Virus record (IMG/VR): IMGVR_UViG_3300029288_000085
Coordinates: 32,001-96,000 of that record
Length of the DNA stretch: 64,000 bases
Strand: one strand, 5' to 3'
Source: a virus
Lineage: Duplodnaviria; Caudoviricetes
In this document: positions 1 to 9,574 of the stretch, one piece after another
How the letters are laid out: the number at the start of each line of letters is the position of its first letter
Position numbering within the stretch: position 1 is the first letter of the stretch
Notes under the pieces: generated by a model
Told to the model about the DNA's origin: nothing
The model's database searches: none
Seen by the model: the letters and a program-made list of their open reading frames with translations, nothing else
Program-made: the position numbers and the translations under genes

Positions 1-13
1 TTTTACTCATGTA

Positions 14-847
14 ATGTTTGAAGGAGATACTGGTAGTGGCAAGACTACTTTTGCCTATATTCTTGCAAAAGAATTTTCAGGAATAGAAGAAAACATTTTT
101 AATATAAACTGTATGTTTTCTTCTGGTGTTGAAGAAATGCGTAATAAATTAGAAGAATTACGCAAGACTTCTTTATTTGGTATAAATAAGGTTTTAATCT
201 TAGATGAAATTCATGGTCTTTCTAATCAAGCGCAGAATGTTTTTCTAAAACCTCTAGAGGATGGTTTACCTTCTTATGTATTAATAATTGCTTGTACTAC
301 TAGTGTAGAGAAATTAAGTCCTATGCTTCTTGACCGATTTAAGAGGTTAAGGGTTAAACCTCTTGTTGATAGTGAAGCAATTCAATTGATTGATAGGATA
401 AGTTCCCTAGAAAATATAACTACAGAGAAATGGAAAAAAGCACTTATTTTAGAAAAAAGTGCTGGAATACCTAGACGTATTTTGTCGGGGTTAGAAAAAG
501 TTAAAAGCATTACAGATAAAAGTGAAGTTGAGTTATTGTTGGATATCTCCTCTCTTGAGGAGGAAGACCCTGATATCCTTAAGTTATTCAAATGGATATT
601 ATCCAAGGCAGATTGGAATATCATTAAGCATCAATTAGATATCCTATTAAAGACTGGTAAGTCACCGGAGAGTATTAGAATAGGGATAGTAAATTTGATT
701 GCATCAAGATTAACTTCTAATTATAGTAATGAGATTGAAAGGTCTAGATTATCAAAGTTATACTTTAACTATCTTAGACAAATGTTAGGAGTTCCTGACA
801 AAGCTAACCTTATTAACTTAATTTATCTGATGACGAAAGGAGATTAA
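14..847 (+). CDS. Clamp-loader / DnaX-like AAA+ ATPase (probably 5'-truncated by the window)
   Basis: Walker A GDTGSGKTT, Walker B ILDEIH, AQNVFLKPLED; the frame is open to the window start. Confidence 0.8.
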   Translation: MFEGDTGSGKTTFAYILAKEFSGIEENIFNINCMFSSGVEEMRNKLEELRKTSLFGINKVLILDEIHGLSNQAQNVFLKPLEDGLPSYVLIIACTTSVEKLSPMLLDRFKRLRVKPLVDSEAIQLIDRISSLENITTEKWKKALILEKSAGIPRRILSGLEKVKSITDKSEVELLLDISSLEEEDPDILKLFKWILSKADWNIIKHQLDILLKTGKSPESIRIGIVNLIASRLTSNYSNEIERSRLSKLYFNYLRQMLGVPDKANLINLIYLMTKGD

Positions 848-1884
848 TGGTTGATTTATCTAAGGTTGTCAAGAACTTAAAGTCTGAATTTTCAACAATA
901 TCAGTTGCAGAGGAAAAGGAAGATCCTCAAGATTTTATAAGTTCTGGCAATCTTGCTCTAGATCTTGTATTAGATGGTGGTTTTCCTTATGGTAGTGTAA
1001 TTGAGTTATTAGGTTTGTCACAGTCAGGTAAGAGCCTGCTAATACAAAAAGCAATAGCAAATTCTATGAAGAAATATCCTACTGTTGGAGTGTTGGCAAA
1101 CAGGGAAAATGCTTATACAAAAAAAAGAGGAGAACAGTTAGGAATAGATAATAATAGTTTACTTGTGGCTTATCCTTCTGATATTCCTGATGTTCAAAGC
1201 TGTTTCCTTTTTATATTCAACTCAATAGCAGAAATAAGAAAGCAGGATAAGGATTGCTATATTGCAGTAGGAATTGATAGCATCTCAGCTTTCGGTAAAG
1301 ATGTGGCATTTGAAAAATCTGATTCAGGTAGAAAAGCGAAAGCGACTCATGAAGGATTGAGAGAAGTTCTTAAATTAATGGATGACAAGATAATTTTACT
1401 TGTGGCAAATCAAGTGACTTATAAGATCGGAGTGATGTACGGAGATCCACGTACTACTACTGCTGGTGAATCAATGAAGTATTACAGTAATGTTAGATTA
1501 GCATTACAAGATGCTCATAAAGTAGTAGATAAAAGTAAAGGAAATGAAATACTTGGTAATTGGATTGAAATAGAAGTAATTAAAACTAGATTTGGGCCTT
1601 GCTTCCGATCATGTTATCTTCAGCACTTATATAAGGAGGGTATAAGTACTGACTCTGGTTATGTTAGATTATTAGTTAATAGAGGATATTTAAAACCTAA
1701 GAACAAAGAAGAATTCAGAAAGTTTAGTCAAGAAACTGTAATATGGACAGATGGAACAGTAAAAGAGCAATATAGTGAATTCGGTTTAGGTCTGCTTTTT
1801 GAAAAGCATCCAGAATTAAACTTTACAAGTTATCCAGAATATAATTCTAAAGAAATTCAAGTAGGATTAGATGAAACAGAATGA
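847..1884 (+). CDS. recA: RecA/UvsX-like recombinase
   Basis: SSGNLALDLVLDGGFP, GLSQSGKS, IDSIS, NQV, GDPRTTTAGESMKYYSNVRL. Confidence 0.9.
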   Translation: MVDLSKVVKNLKSEFSTISVAEEKEDPQDFISSGNLALDLVLDGGFPYGSVIELLGLSQSGKSLLIQKAIANSMKKYPTVGVLANRENAYTKKRGEQLGIDNNSLLVAYPSDIPDVQSCFLFIFNSIAEIRKQDKDCYIAVGIDSISAFGKDVAFEKSDSGRKAKATHEGLREVLKLMDDKIILLVANQVTYKIGVMYGDPRTTTAGESMKYYSNVRLALQDAHKVVDKSKGNEILGNWIEIEVIKTRFGPCFRSCYLQHLYKEGISTDSGYVRLLVNRGYLKPKNKEEFRKFSQETVIWTDGTVKEQYSEFGLGLLFEKHPELNFTSYPEYNSKEIQVGLDETE

Positions 1885-1988
1885 ATATGATAATTTTATA
1901 AGGGGGTTAGGAAGCAAAATTCTAGTGTTAGGGGATAATTTGATTCTTATTAGATTTAAAGATGTGGTGGATGGTCTAAAAAATTTCA

Positions 1989-2396
1989 TTGAAATGGAGG
2001 AAAGAGACGATGTCAAGCAAATCAAAGAAACACAGATGGATGAAAGGGTTGAGTCGGAAGTTAGTTGATTCAGTAATGAAATATGAACCTAGAGAGGTAA
2101 AATTTGTAATTGAGTATCCAGATTACATCAAGTGTGTCATCATTACTACTAATAAAGAGATAGGAGTAGGTTATGCCATTTGTTCATTTATTGATTGCTT
2201 TGACGAGAAAACTGGTAAAAATAGAGCTTGTGGTAGAGCAGTAAAGGCTTTATCTAAGAAAGAAAATACAGAGTTAGTACGACAAGTTAGTGAATGTCCT
2301 AATACGTGGTTGCTTGCACAAGCAAGACATTTGAATGATGTTGGTAATAGAATAGCTTGGATGAAATCTAGATATGATATGCTTGAATATCAGTAA
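1989..2396 (+). CDS. Hypothetical phage protein (start likely MSSK near 2010)
   Basis: ORF in operon; GYAICSFIDCFDEKTGKNRA motif. Confidence 0.6.
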   Translation: MKWRKETMSSKSKKHRWMKGLSRKLVDSVMKYEPREVKFVIEYPDYIKCVIITTNKEIGVGYAICSFIDCFDEKTGKNRACGRAVKALSKKENTELVRQVSECPNTWLLAQARHLNDVGNRIAWMKSRYDMLEYQ

Positions 2397-2405
2397 GGAG
2401 TTTTA

Positions 2406-3035
2406 TTGAAAAAGTTAATTTTAGCAATCACATTGATTGCAAGTTTATTTCTTATGTCAAATGCAAATGCGATGAATGTTACTCTTACGTGCGATCCTAA
2501 TACTGAAGTTGACCTTGCTGGATATAAAATATATACAGCAACGATAAGTGGTGGTCCATATACTCTTCATCCACAAGGAACATTTCCATATGGGCCAAAT
2601 GTAGCTCCAACAATGTTGATTAGTAATCTTCCTGATGTAACTACTTATATTGTGGCTACTGCTTATGATACTGGTGGATTAGAGAGTGGTTATTCAAATC
2701 AAGTAAGTATAGTTCCTTTAAGTGGTCCTTCTATAACAACTCAACCTGCTAATATTACAAGAAATGTAGGCCAAACTGCTACATTCTCAGTAGTTGCTAG
2801 TGGGGATAGCCCATTGACATATCAATGGCAGATGCGAACTAGTTCAACAGGAACGTGGGGAAATGTTACTGGTGCAACAAGTGCAAGTTATACTACTGCT
2901 GTTTTAGTTGCAACAGATAGTGGAAAACAATTTAGATGTGTGGTAACAAATAGTGTAGGTTCAGTAACAAGTAATGCAGCAACATTAACTGTTAATGTAG
3001 CTCCTGTTAAACCTACAAATCTAAGGAAGCTATAA
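2406..3035 (+). CDS. Secreted FN3 + Ig-like domain protein
   Basis: Signal peptide ending in ANA; VTLTCDPNTEVDLAGYKIY...TAYDTGGLESGYSN (FN3); PSITTQP...YQWQ...DSGKQFRCVVTNSVG (Ig); TTG start after AAGGAG. Confidence 0.8.
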   Translation: MKKLILAITLIASLFLMSNANAMNVTLTCDPNTEVDLAGYKIYTATISGGPYTLHPQGTFPYGPNVAPTMLISNLPDVTTYIVATAYDTGGLESGYSNQVSIVPLSGPSITTQPANITRNVGQTATFSVVASGDSPLTYQWQMRTSSTGTWGNVTGATSASYTTAVLVATDSGKQFRCVVTNSVGSVTSNAATLTVNVAPVKPTNLRKL

Positions 3036-3067
3036 TAAGCATCTAATAAACAGGAGGTGAGTTCTCT

Positions 3068-3715
3068 CTGGAAGAGAACTATAAGACCAATTGTATTGGT
3101 CAAGAAACAAATAAGGGTTGTGATTTTTTAATGACTGAATTAAGTGCAGTAGATGTATCTGCAATAGCAAAAGAGGTTGCAGCACAAATTGCTCCTCAAG
3201 TAGCACAACAGATAGCATCACAAATTGACCAAGCAGTATCTCAAGTTGCTCAGAAGTTTACTCAAACTACTGGTACTGTCTCTAGTCGTGTGGAAAATGC
3301 GGATATCGGTGGGGCAGAACGACTTGAAAAAGATCAGATGGCTGATAGTGGGATTCTTTTCAGTAATCTGAAACGTACCTATGATGAATATCAACAAGAA
3401 AGTCTTGAATCTATTAAACGGAATCGAACTTATGTAGACAAGGTGTTGAGTGATGCTCTGCAATTTGATAATCAAAGGCAGATTATTGCAAATCAAGCTT
3501 TAGCTAATTTGGTTGAAACCGGAAATATGGTTGGAAAACAAGCTGTTCGACATAGTGATGTGGCAATTGATCGTCAATGGAATGTAGACGAGCAAGGTTA
3601 CACGGTTGCTGATGTTGTGAAAGCACAAGGGGCAGCTACAACTACTCAAGTATCCCTTTACGATTTAATTGTAAAAGCAGTTGGGGATGCTTTATCAGAA
3701 AAAAAGACTGCGTAA
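3068..3715 (+). CDS. Helical Gln/Ala-rich hypothetical protein (ATG at 3131, or CTG at 3068)
   Basis: ORF 3131..3715; in-frame CTG at 3068 preceded by GGAGGTGA. Confidence 0.6.
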   Translation: MEENYKTNCIGQETNKGCDFLMTELSAVDVSAIAKEVAAQIAPQVAQQIASQIDQAVSQVAQKFTQTTGTVSSRVENADIGGAERLEKDQMADSGILFSNLKRTYDEYQQESLESIKRNRTYVDKVLSDALQFDNQRQIIANQALANLVETGNMVGKQAVRHSDVAIDRQWNVDEQGYTVADVVKAQGAATTTQVSLYDLIVKAVGDALSEKKTA

Positions 3716-3722
3716 TTGAAAA

Positions 3723-3752
3723 TGGTAGTCTAGTGTAAAAGCTAGACTACCA
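3723..3752. terminator. Intergenic 11-bp hairpin
   Basis: TGGTAGTCTAG-8nt-CTAGACTACCA; no T-tract on the + strand. Confidence 0.5.
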
Positions 3753-3771
3753 AAATTAAGGAGAAAATAGT

Positions 3772-4095
3772 ATGGCAAAAATAGTAACAAGGACGGTAAA
3801 ATGGGACGCAGTTCCACCAGAAGTTCAGGTTACTGGTTATAGGGTTTATGTAGCTAAAGCAGGAGTTCCTCATTCTTATGATTTGCCTCATGCTGATGTA
3901 GCTGCAAATCTTACACAGTTAGTTCTTCCCTGTGAACAGTTACCTCAATCACTTTTTGTGCCTGATGGTGATTATTCTGTGTGGATTACCACTTTAGAAC
4001 AAGGTGGCAATGAGAGCGACCCTTTGGCCCTATCGGGCCGTTTCGACTTTACCCCCCCGCCTGCCCCGACCAATGGCCGTATAGAAATATCATAA
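3772..4095 (+). CDS. Single FN3-like domain protein
   Basis: VKWD...VTGYRVY...DGDYSVWITTLEQGGNESD. Confidence 0.65.
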   Translation: MAKIVTRTVKWDAVPPEVQVTGYRVYVAKAGVPHSYDLPHADVAANLTQLVLPCEQLPQSLFVPDGDYSVWITTLEQGGNESDPLALSGRFDFTPPPAPTNGRIEIS

Positions 4096-4183
4096 TTTGG
4101 TGGAGAAGGCATAGAAGACGGAAACGGCAGAGGCCAGTAATTAATCTTCATTTGCATGTTGAGGCTAATGGAGGTGAAATACT

Positions 4184-4549
4184 CTGAAAAAAATATTAAC
4201 TAGTATTTGTACTCTCATATTTGCTATAATATTATGGCAACAAGCAACTTATTATTCAACTGAATCTGTACCTATTGCTTGGGATTCTCCTTCTGGAGTT
4301 CAATGGGATTTAAAAGCTGTTTGGGTGAGTACAATTATAAAACAAGAATTTAACTTAGGAACTATTTCTACATCTCAATTTATACTTCAAAGACCACGAG
4401 TAGGATGGTTTGAATTTTGGTTGAAGGATCATTCGGATTCTGTTTGGAGTAAGTCTACTGATCCTCTAGTAGCTACAGTAAATGGTGTACCAATGGGGTG
4501 GAGAATATTTTTTGATGTTCCTGCTCCTGGTGGTGGTGGAATAGAATAA
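4184..4549 (+). CDS. Exported FN3-like protein with CTG start (extends ORF 4325..4549)
   Basis: GGAGGTG-7nt-CTG AAA AAA gives MKKILTSICTLIFAIILWQQ...IAWD, in frame with 4325. Confidence 0.6.
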   Translation: MKKILTSICTLIFAIILWQQATYYSTESVPIAWDSPSGVQWDLKAVWVSTIIKQEFNLGTISTSQFILQRPRVGWFEFWLKDHSDSVWSKSTDPLVATVNGVPMGWRIFFDVPAPGGGGIE

Positions 4550-4580
4550 TAAAATTTCTGAATGGTAATGGTTGTAAGTA

Positions 4581-5588
4581 TTGAAATTATTAATTTTTTC
4601 TGATGCACAATATACTCTTAACCTTAATAAATCAGAAGTTCTACCAAATGGTCTTACATCATGGCTTAATGAACAGATCACAATCACAAAGGATATCTTT
4701 TCATGTGCTTATGAAAAGAAAGTTGATAAGGTAATCTTTAATGGGGATTTATTTGAAGATAGATCAAGAATAAGTTCTCTACTTTACAACGTAATATGGA
4801 GTTCATATTATAGAAGTCCTTTTTGTGGTCTGTTCATTTTTAATGTGGGAAATCATGATATCTACTCCCACAATACTGATTTATCACTTGCTCCTTTTTC
4901 TTCATTGGGGCAAGTGATAAATAAACCTTTTGATTTTGAAAAAGAGAATACGCTTATACGTATTTTACCATATGGATTTCTAAATGAACAGACTTGTCAA
5001 ATATCTTCTACTGAGCATAAATACAGATTGCTTTTTACACACGAAATCATCTCTAATTTGGAATTAGATAATAACTTTACATTAAAAAATAGTTTTGATG
5101 CTTCTCTATTAAAAGATTGGACTTATGTTTTTAATGGTCATATACATAAACCACAAGAATATATGAATATTATAAATATAGGTTCTATTATGCCTAATGA
5201 TTGGGGTGAAGAAGGAGATCAGAAAAGATTTCTCATATATGAAAATGGTATTATTGAGTCTATTGATATAGACCACCCAAGATTTCTAACATTAGAAGAT
5301 CCTTCTAAAGAGAAGTTAGATAAAATATCTAAAGACAACAGGAATTATTATAGATTATCTTGTAAATCAGATGATTTGACACATAAAGCCTTTTTGAATT
5401 TTAATGTAAGCATCAAAGAGATAAAAAGTGAACGAAGAAAATTGAGGTTAAAGAAAACTGATACTATTAATGATGAATTAATAGAATATTTGAATCTGAA
5501 TAATACAGATTTGGGTAAGGACAAACTTTTCCTTGTAGGTATGGAGTTGATAAATGATATGGCAAGACTTGGTGATAGCAGCATGTAA
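4581..5588 (+). CDS. SbcD/Mre11-like nuclease
   Basis: FSD, NGDLF, GNHD, THE, GHIH phosphoesterase motifs; SbcC lies downstream. Confidence 0.85.
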   Translation: MKLLIFSDAQYTLNLNKSEVLPNGLTSWLNEQITITKDIFSCAYEKKVDKVIFNGDLFEDRSRISSLLYNVIWSSYYRSPFCGLFIFNVGNHDIYSHNTDLSLAPFSSLGQVINKPFDFEKENTLIRILPYGFLNEQTCQISSTEHKYRLLFTHEIISNLELDNNFTLKNSFDASLLKDWTYVFNGHIHKPQEYMNIINIGSIMPNDWGEEGDQKRFLIYENGIIESIDIDHPRFLTLEDPSKEKLDKISKDNRNYYRLSCKSDDLTHKAFLNFNVSIKEIKSERRKLRLKKTDTINDELIEYLNLNNTDLGKDKLFLVGMELINDMARLGDSSM

Positions 5589-5820
5589 CATCATTTTCTT
5601 AGGTGCTCTAATTGCTAACATATTCAACGGTTCTAAACCAGCATTGATAACTAGTATATCTACTGCAATTGCATTATCTATAGTAGCATTTTGTTTACTT
5701 ACATTAAGTCTTACAGTTAGTGGGGTTGTAGCAAGTCTATCAGCTATTTGCTGGTTTATTCTTTTCTACCAGAGAAAGTATCAAATAGGAAAGTGTAGAG
5801 GAAAATATATCAATCTGTAG
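5554..5820 (+). CDS. Small membrane protein (3 TM)
   Basis: Three hydrophobic segments. Confidence 0.6.
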   Translation: MIWQDLVIAACNIIFLGALIANIFNGSKPALITSISTAIALSIVAFCLLTLSLTVSGVVASLSAICWFILFYQRKYQIGKCRGKYINL

Positions 5821-5829
5821 GAGTATGTT

Positions 5830-6192
5830 ATGACCAAGGATGAGATAAACCGAGCGCTCGGAGAGAGGGTGATGGAGTGGCACTTTGATAAAGTTCAGTG
5901 GTTAGATAAAGATGGTAACTTTCAAGGTTACTGTTGGAACCCCTATGAACGATGGGACCACGCAGGGATGGTGGCGGAGAAGTTTTACGGTTATATAATT
6001 GAGAAAATCGGAAGCACATATAGGGCAAAATTACTTATTGACCCGAGAAAAGAGTGGTTCACTGGCCCAAATGGAGCCACTGCCACTATTGCGATCTGTC
6101 TAGCTGCTATTGGGGTGAAGGAGGAGCACTCGAATACTTACGACAATGAAACATCCAAGGCTATTTGGCTAGGGCAGGAGGATAAGTCATGA
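5830..6192 (+). CDS. Phage protein, ABA-sandwich/BC1872-like
   Basis: INRALGERVMEW...WNPYERWDHA...AICLAAI pattern. Confidence 0.55.
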   Translation: MTKDEINRALGERVMEWHFDKVQWLDKDGNFQGYCWNPYERWDHAGMVAEKFYGYIIEKIGSTYRAKLLIDPRKEWFTGPNGATATIAICLAAIGVKEEHSNTYDNETSKAIWLGQEDKS

Positions 6193-6347
6193 GTCAAAGA
6201 GTTCTGCTTACTATATGGTTTATCTGCACATTAGGAATTGTCATACTAGCTATCTCCGCAGCTATGAATAATGAATACGGATTAACCCTAACTTGTGGTG
6301 GCATAATATTTCTTAGCACCTGGTTAATAGTTAGGAGGAAGGCATGA
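6189..6347 (+). CDS. 52-aa two-TM protein (below ORF-track cutoff)
   Basis: MSQRVLLTIWFICTLGIVILAISAA...; ATGA overlaps at both ends. Confidence 0.55.
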   Translation: MSQRVLLTIWFICTLGIVILAISAAMNNEYGLTLTCGGIIFLSTWLIVRRKA

Positions 6348-6433
6348 TTGAAGCTACCGTATTTGGCATCTCAGCAACAGTGGCGTTGTTGCTTCCAATT
6401 ATACTTTGTCTAATATTGGATATGAAAGAATAG
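6344..6433 (+). CDS. 29-aa single-TM peptide
   Basis: MIEATVFGISATVALLLPIILCLILDMKE; AGGAGG Shine-Dalgarno. Confidence 0.45.
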   Translation: MIEATVFGISATVALLLPIILCLILDMKE

Positions 6434-6457
6434 TACAGAATCAAAGGAGGAGGAGGC

Positions 6458-6673
6458 ATGAGCGAATACAGTAAAGAAATTGAAGTTCTAAATAAAATAG
6501 AAATAGCCGTGAAAAACGATGCAAAAGAATTTGATGGTAAGCCATTTAACGGTCAGACTGTTGCTCAATATCTCGGATATCAAGGTGCTGCTATAGCTGC
6601 ATTAGCAAATATTTTAAGGTCTATTCTGGACAGAAATGGACCGTGGATAGAAAGAAGTAATTATGAACCTTGA
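6458..6673 (+). CDS. Hypothetical protein
   Basis: Strong SD GGAGGAGG. Confidence 0.6.
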   Translation: MSEYSKEIEVLNKIEIAVKNDAKEFDGKPFNGQTVAQYLGYQGAAIAALANILRSILDRNGPWIERSNYEP

Positions 6674-6896
6674 AATGTATTTCGATAATGATATGAACGG
6701 ACAATTCGTTGGGTGTGCAGGAATTGAAGTGGAACTTGGCATGTTTTCAGGATGTTCCGGTGGGGATGATTGCCCTGTCTGCCAAGGGACAGGAAGGGTG
6801 ATAAATTGTCCGAGATGTAGTGAGCCTACTATAGTGATTTCAAATGGTTCGATAGGTTGTCTATCCTGTGGTATGGACTATGAACTGGAAGCCTGA
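6663..6896 (+). CDS. Small Cys-rich zinc-finger protein
   Basis: CPVCQGTG, CPRC, CLSC. Confidence 0.55.
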   Translation: MNLEMYFDNDMNGQFVGCAGIEVELGMFSGCSGGDDCPVCQGTGRVINCPRCSEPTIVISNGSIGCLSCGMDYELEA

Positions 6897-6926
6897 ACTG
6901 GGAAGGGAAGTGGGAGGAGAGGAGAA

Positions 6927-7199
6927 ATGAGTTTTACAAACCAACAACCACAAATAGCAACTGAAAAAGATTGTCAAGGAAATTGGGGAGGAGGTAAGAA
7001 AGGTTCACGTTTCAGGTGTTATCTTTGCGGTCATAGATTTATAGTAGGTGACACTTGGCGATGGATTTATGCTGTTAAGAATCATGTAATAAACTTTTTG
7101 GTATGTACTTCGTGTGATGGAGAAGATGTACAAGAAAAATGGCTTAAACATGTTGAAAAAGGTGAACGGGAATTTTGGTGGATGATAAGAGATGATTAA
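6927..7199 (+). CDS. Small zinc-finger protein
   Basis: CYLC...CTSC; strong SD. Confidence 0.6.
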   Translation: MSFTNQQPQIATEKDCQGNWGGGKKGSRFRCYLCGHRFIVGDTWRWIYAVKNHVINFLVCTSCDGEDVQEKWLKHVEKGEREFWWMIRDD

Positions 7200-7210
7200 G
7201 GAGAATAAGT

Positions 7211-7465
7211 ATGAAAACTGAAAAAGAGCATACTGTTGAATTTATTTGTATAAATGATGATAGTTTAATTCTATTTGATTTATTTGACCCACCTTATATT
7301 TATAAGGTTGGAGATAAGATTACTATTGATAATTCTTTTGATAGCCAAGGATTTATAGAATTAGAGGTAACAGACGTTAAACATATCATAAGAAATGTAA
7401 TAGTAGCTGATCAAATAACTAAGATCTTTGTGAAGAAGCTGGAATCAAGTCCTACTCTTAATTAA
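7211..7465 (+). CDS. Hypothetical protein
   Basis: SD AAGGAG; coupled to the SbcC start. Confidence 0.55.
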   Translation: MKTEKEHTVEFICINDDSLILFDLFDPPYIYKVGDKITIDNSFDSQGFIELEVTDVKHIIRNVIVADQITKIFVKKLESSPTLN

Positions 7466-9192
7466 TGATAAGATTTAAAGAACTCCATCTGCAAAACTTT
7501 AGAGCATGGAAAGAACTACATCTAGTAGATTTGAATAAAAGAGGTTTATGTAGTATTGAAGGGGAGAATGGATCTGGGAAAAGTGCAATACGTCAAGCTA
7601 TTGAGTATCTTCTTACTGATGATACAAGTGATGCTATTGATGTAGATGAACTTCCTTTCAATAAGGACAAAGACTGTATTATAACTGGAATTCTTGATAA
7701 AGACGGTCATGAAGTAAACATTACAAAGTATAGGAATCATTATAGAGAACTTAACAAGATAATAGTTTCAATTGATGATGATAAAAGCTTATCATGTCCT
7801 GTAAGAAAGGATACTCAAAGAAATATAGAAGGATTGCTAGGAATAACAAGTGATTATATCTATCTATCAACTATATTTTCTCAGAATAGTACATCGTTTC
7901 CTTCTTCTAAAGATAGTGAGAGGAAGCAGTTTCTATATTCATGTCTAGATTTATCTAAGTATGATGGGTATCAATCTAGTGCATTATCAAAGGTTTCTCT
8001 TATTGAAAAAGAGATTGAGTCACTGAATAATGATTTTCTATTCTCTAATAGAGTAATTAAAGATCTTCAGAAGAGTATAGGAAAGTTAAAGATAGATGAG
8101 GAAAACTTTGAAACAAACTTGAGTAAAGAAATTGATGTACTCAAAGAACAAAGAGACGCTTTATTGTTTACTGTATCAATAGATATTGAAGATGCTGAAC
8201 CTTTAGAAGAAGAGTATAATTCTCTCTTAGAAAGAGAGAAGGAACTTTTAGAACAAAAGACATCTTTAACTAAAGATCTTATTTCTATAAAAAACAAGAT
8301 AAAAAATATTGGTACTGGCACTTGTTCTATATTAGATATCTTTTGTGAAAAGCTATCTGTAAAGGTTGAATCAATTACTAGTGTTTTAAAGCAAGATCTT
8401 GATGAAGTAAAGATTAAATTAGAGGGAGTCACAGTAGATCTTTCTAAAGTAAAAGATAGTGCAATTAAGTTAAAATCTTTTATTGATGTTAATAATAAAC
8501 ATAAAATTGAGCAAGCTAGAGAGAACTCAGAACTTGAGCAATTAGAACAAAGGATAGATAAACTATCAAAAAACAGAGACAATCCTTATACACAGGTTCT
8601 GAAAGATCAGATTCAAAGGGTTGATGAAGAAATAAAAAAGAAAGCTGATATTGAACAGAAGCTTGCAAAGTTAAAAATAGATATTTTATATCCTAAGTTC
8701 TGGATAGTTGGATTTGGAAAAAGTGGTATTCCCAATCTCAAAATTGAAGGAATATTAGATGATTTAGAATCTCTTACTAATAAATATTTATCGTATATGA
8801 CTAAGAGTATGTTAGTAAAAATAGATGCACAGAAGGAATTGAAGTCAACTAAAGATATAAGAGAGGAGATATCATATAAGATTATATCTAATAGACCAAT
8901 AACTAACTACAAGTCATATAGTGGTGGAGAAAAGCAACGAATACGTATAGCGGATATCCTAGCATTTAATGAACTACTTGGTAAATTTGATATAATGATA
9001 TTGGATGAGGTTCTTGAATTATCTTTAGATGATAAAGGCAAAAGTTCTGTTCTAGACATTTTAAGAGAAAAAGCTAATACTCTCGGTAGTATATTTGTAA
9101 TTTCACATAGTGGAATAATAAAAGATAAAATTGATACAACCATAAAAGTGAAGAATGTAAATGGGATAGCTAAGCTAATAGAGGAGAATTAA
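7465..9192 (+). CDS. SbcC/Rad50-like ATPase
   Basis: GENGSGKS, coiled coil, SGGE signature, ILDE, ISH. Confidence 0.9.
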   Translation: MIRFKELHLQNFRAWKELHLVDLNKRGLCSIEGENGSGKSAIRQAIEYLLTDDTSDAIDVDELPFNKDKDCIITGILDKDGHEVNITKYRNHYRELNKIIVSIDDDKSLSCPVRKDTQRNIEGLLGITSDYIYLSTIFSQNSTSFPSSKDSERKQFLYSCLDLSKYDGYQSSALSKVSLIEKEIESLNNDFLFSNRVIKDLQKSIGKLKIDEENFETNLSKEIDVLKEQRDALLFTVSIDIEDAEPLEEEYNSLLEREKELLEQKTSLTKDLISIKNKIKNIGTGTCSILDIFCEKLSVKVESITSVLKQDLDEVKIKLEGVTVDLSKVKDSAIKLKSFIDVNNKHKIEQARENSELEQLEQRIDKLSKNRDNPYTQVLKDQIQRVDEEIKKKADIEQKLAKLKIDILYPKFWIVGFGKSGIPNLKIEGILDDLESLTNKYLSYMTKSMLVKIDAQKELKSTKDIREEISYKIISNRPITNYKSYSGGEKQRIRIADILAFNELLGKFDIMILDEVLELSLDDKGKSSVLDILREKANTLGSIFVISHSGIIKDKIDTTIKVKNVNGIAKLIEEN

Positions 9193-9193
9193 T

Positions 9194-9574
9194 ATGTGCT
9201 TAAGTAAATTAGATTCAACTGTTAAAGAAAAGTTTAAAGGTAAAAAATTTGGGTGGAAAGTATTTATCAAAAATTATGATAGTGACTTGTGTGGTATTTA
9301 TAAAGGTATAGATGCTCCTAGACCACTAGAAAAATGGATAGATGAAAAAGATTTTAATGGGGGGTTTAATGATGCTATTAGAACTCCATATGGTGGTTCA
9401 TACCCTACTGGTTGGCACATTTTTCTTTCTAGACGAGAAGCAAGACATGATCGGTGTGAGGGTGAAGTTGTAAAGAAAGTTTATTTCAAAGAACCTCTTG
9501 CATGGGGATATGATACGGGTCATGCTGCTGTAGTAGTAACTAGAAAGATTTTTATATCTAAGGATAAAACATAA
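9194..9574 (+). CDS. Hypothetical protein
   Basis: ORF with SD; MCL...GWKVF...YPTGWHIF. Confidence 0.6.
   Translation: MCLSKLDSTVKEKFKGKKFGWKVFIKNYDSDLCGIYKGIDAPRPLEKWIDEKDFNGGFNDAIRTPYGGSYPTGWHIFLSRREARHDRCEGEVVKKVYFKEPLAWGYDTGHAAVVVTRKIFISKDKT

Noticed and set aside
3131-3715. R-body (Reb) protein
   Set aside because: Similar Gln/Ala helical composition, but no recognisable Reb motif.
6894-6929. TGA readthrough fusing two Zn-finger ORFs (same frame, 30-nt gap)
   Set aside because: The gap is a purine-rich SD region for the ATG at 6927, and no SECIS-like hairpin is evident.
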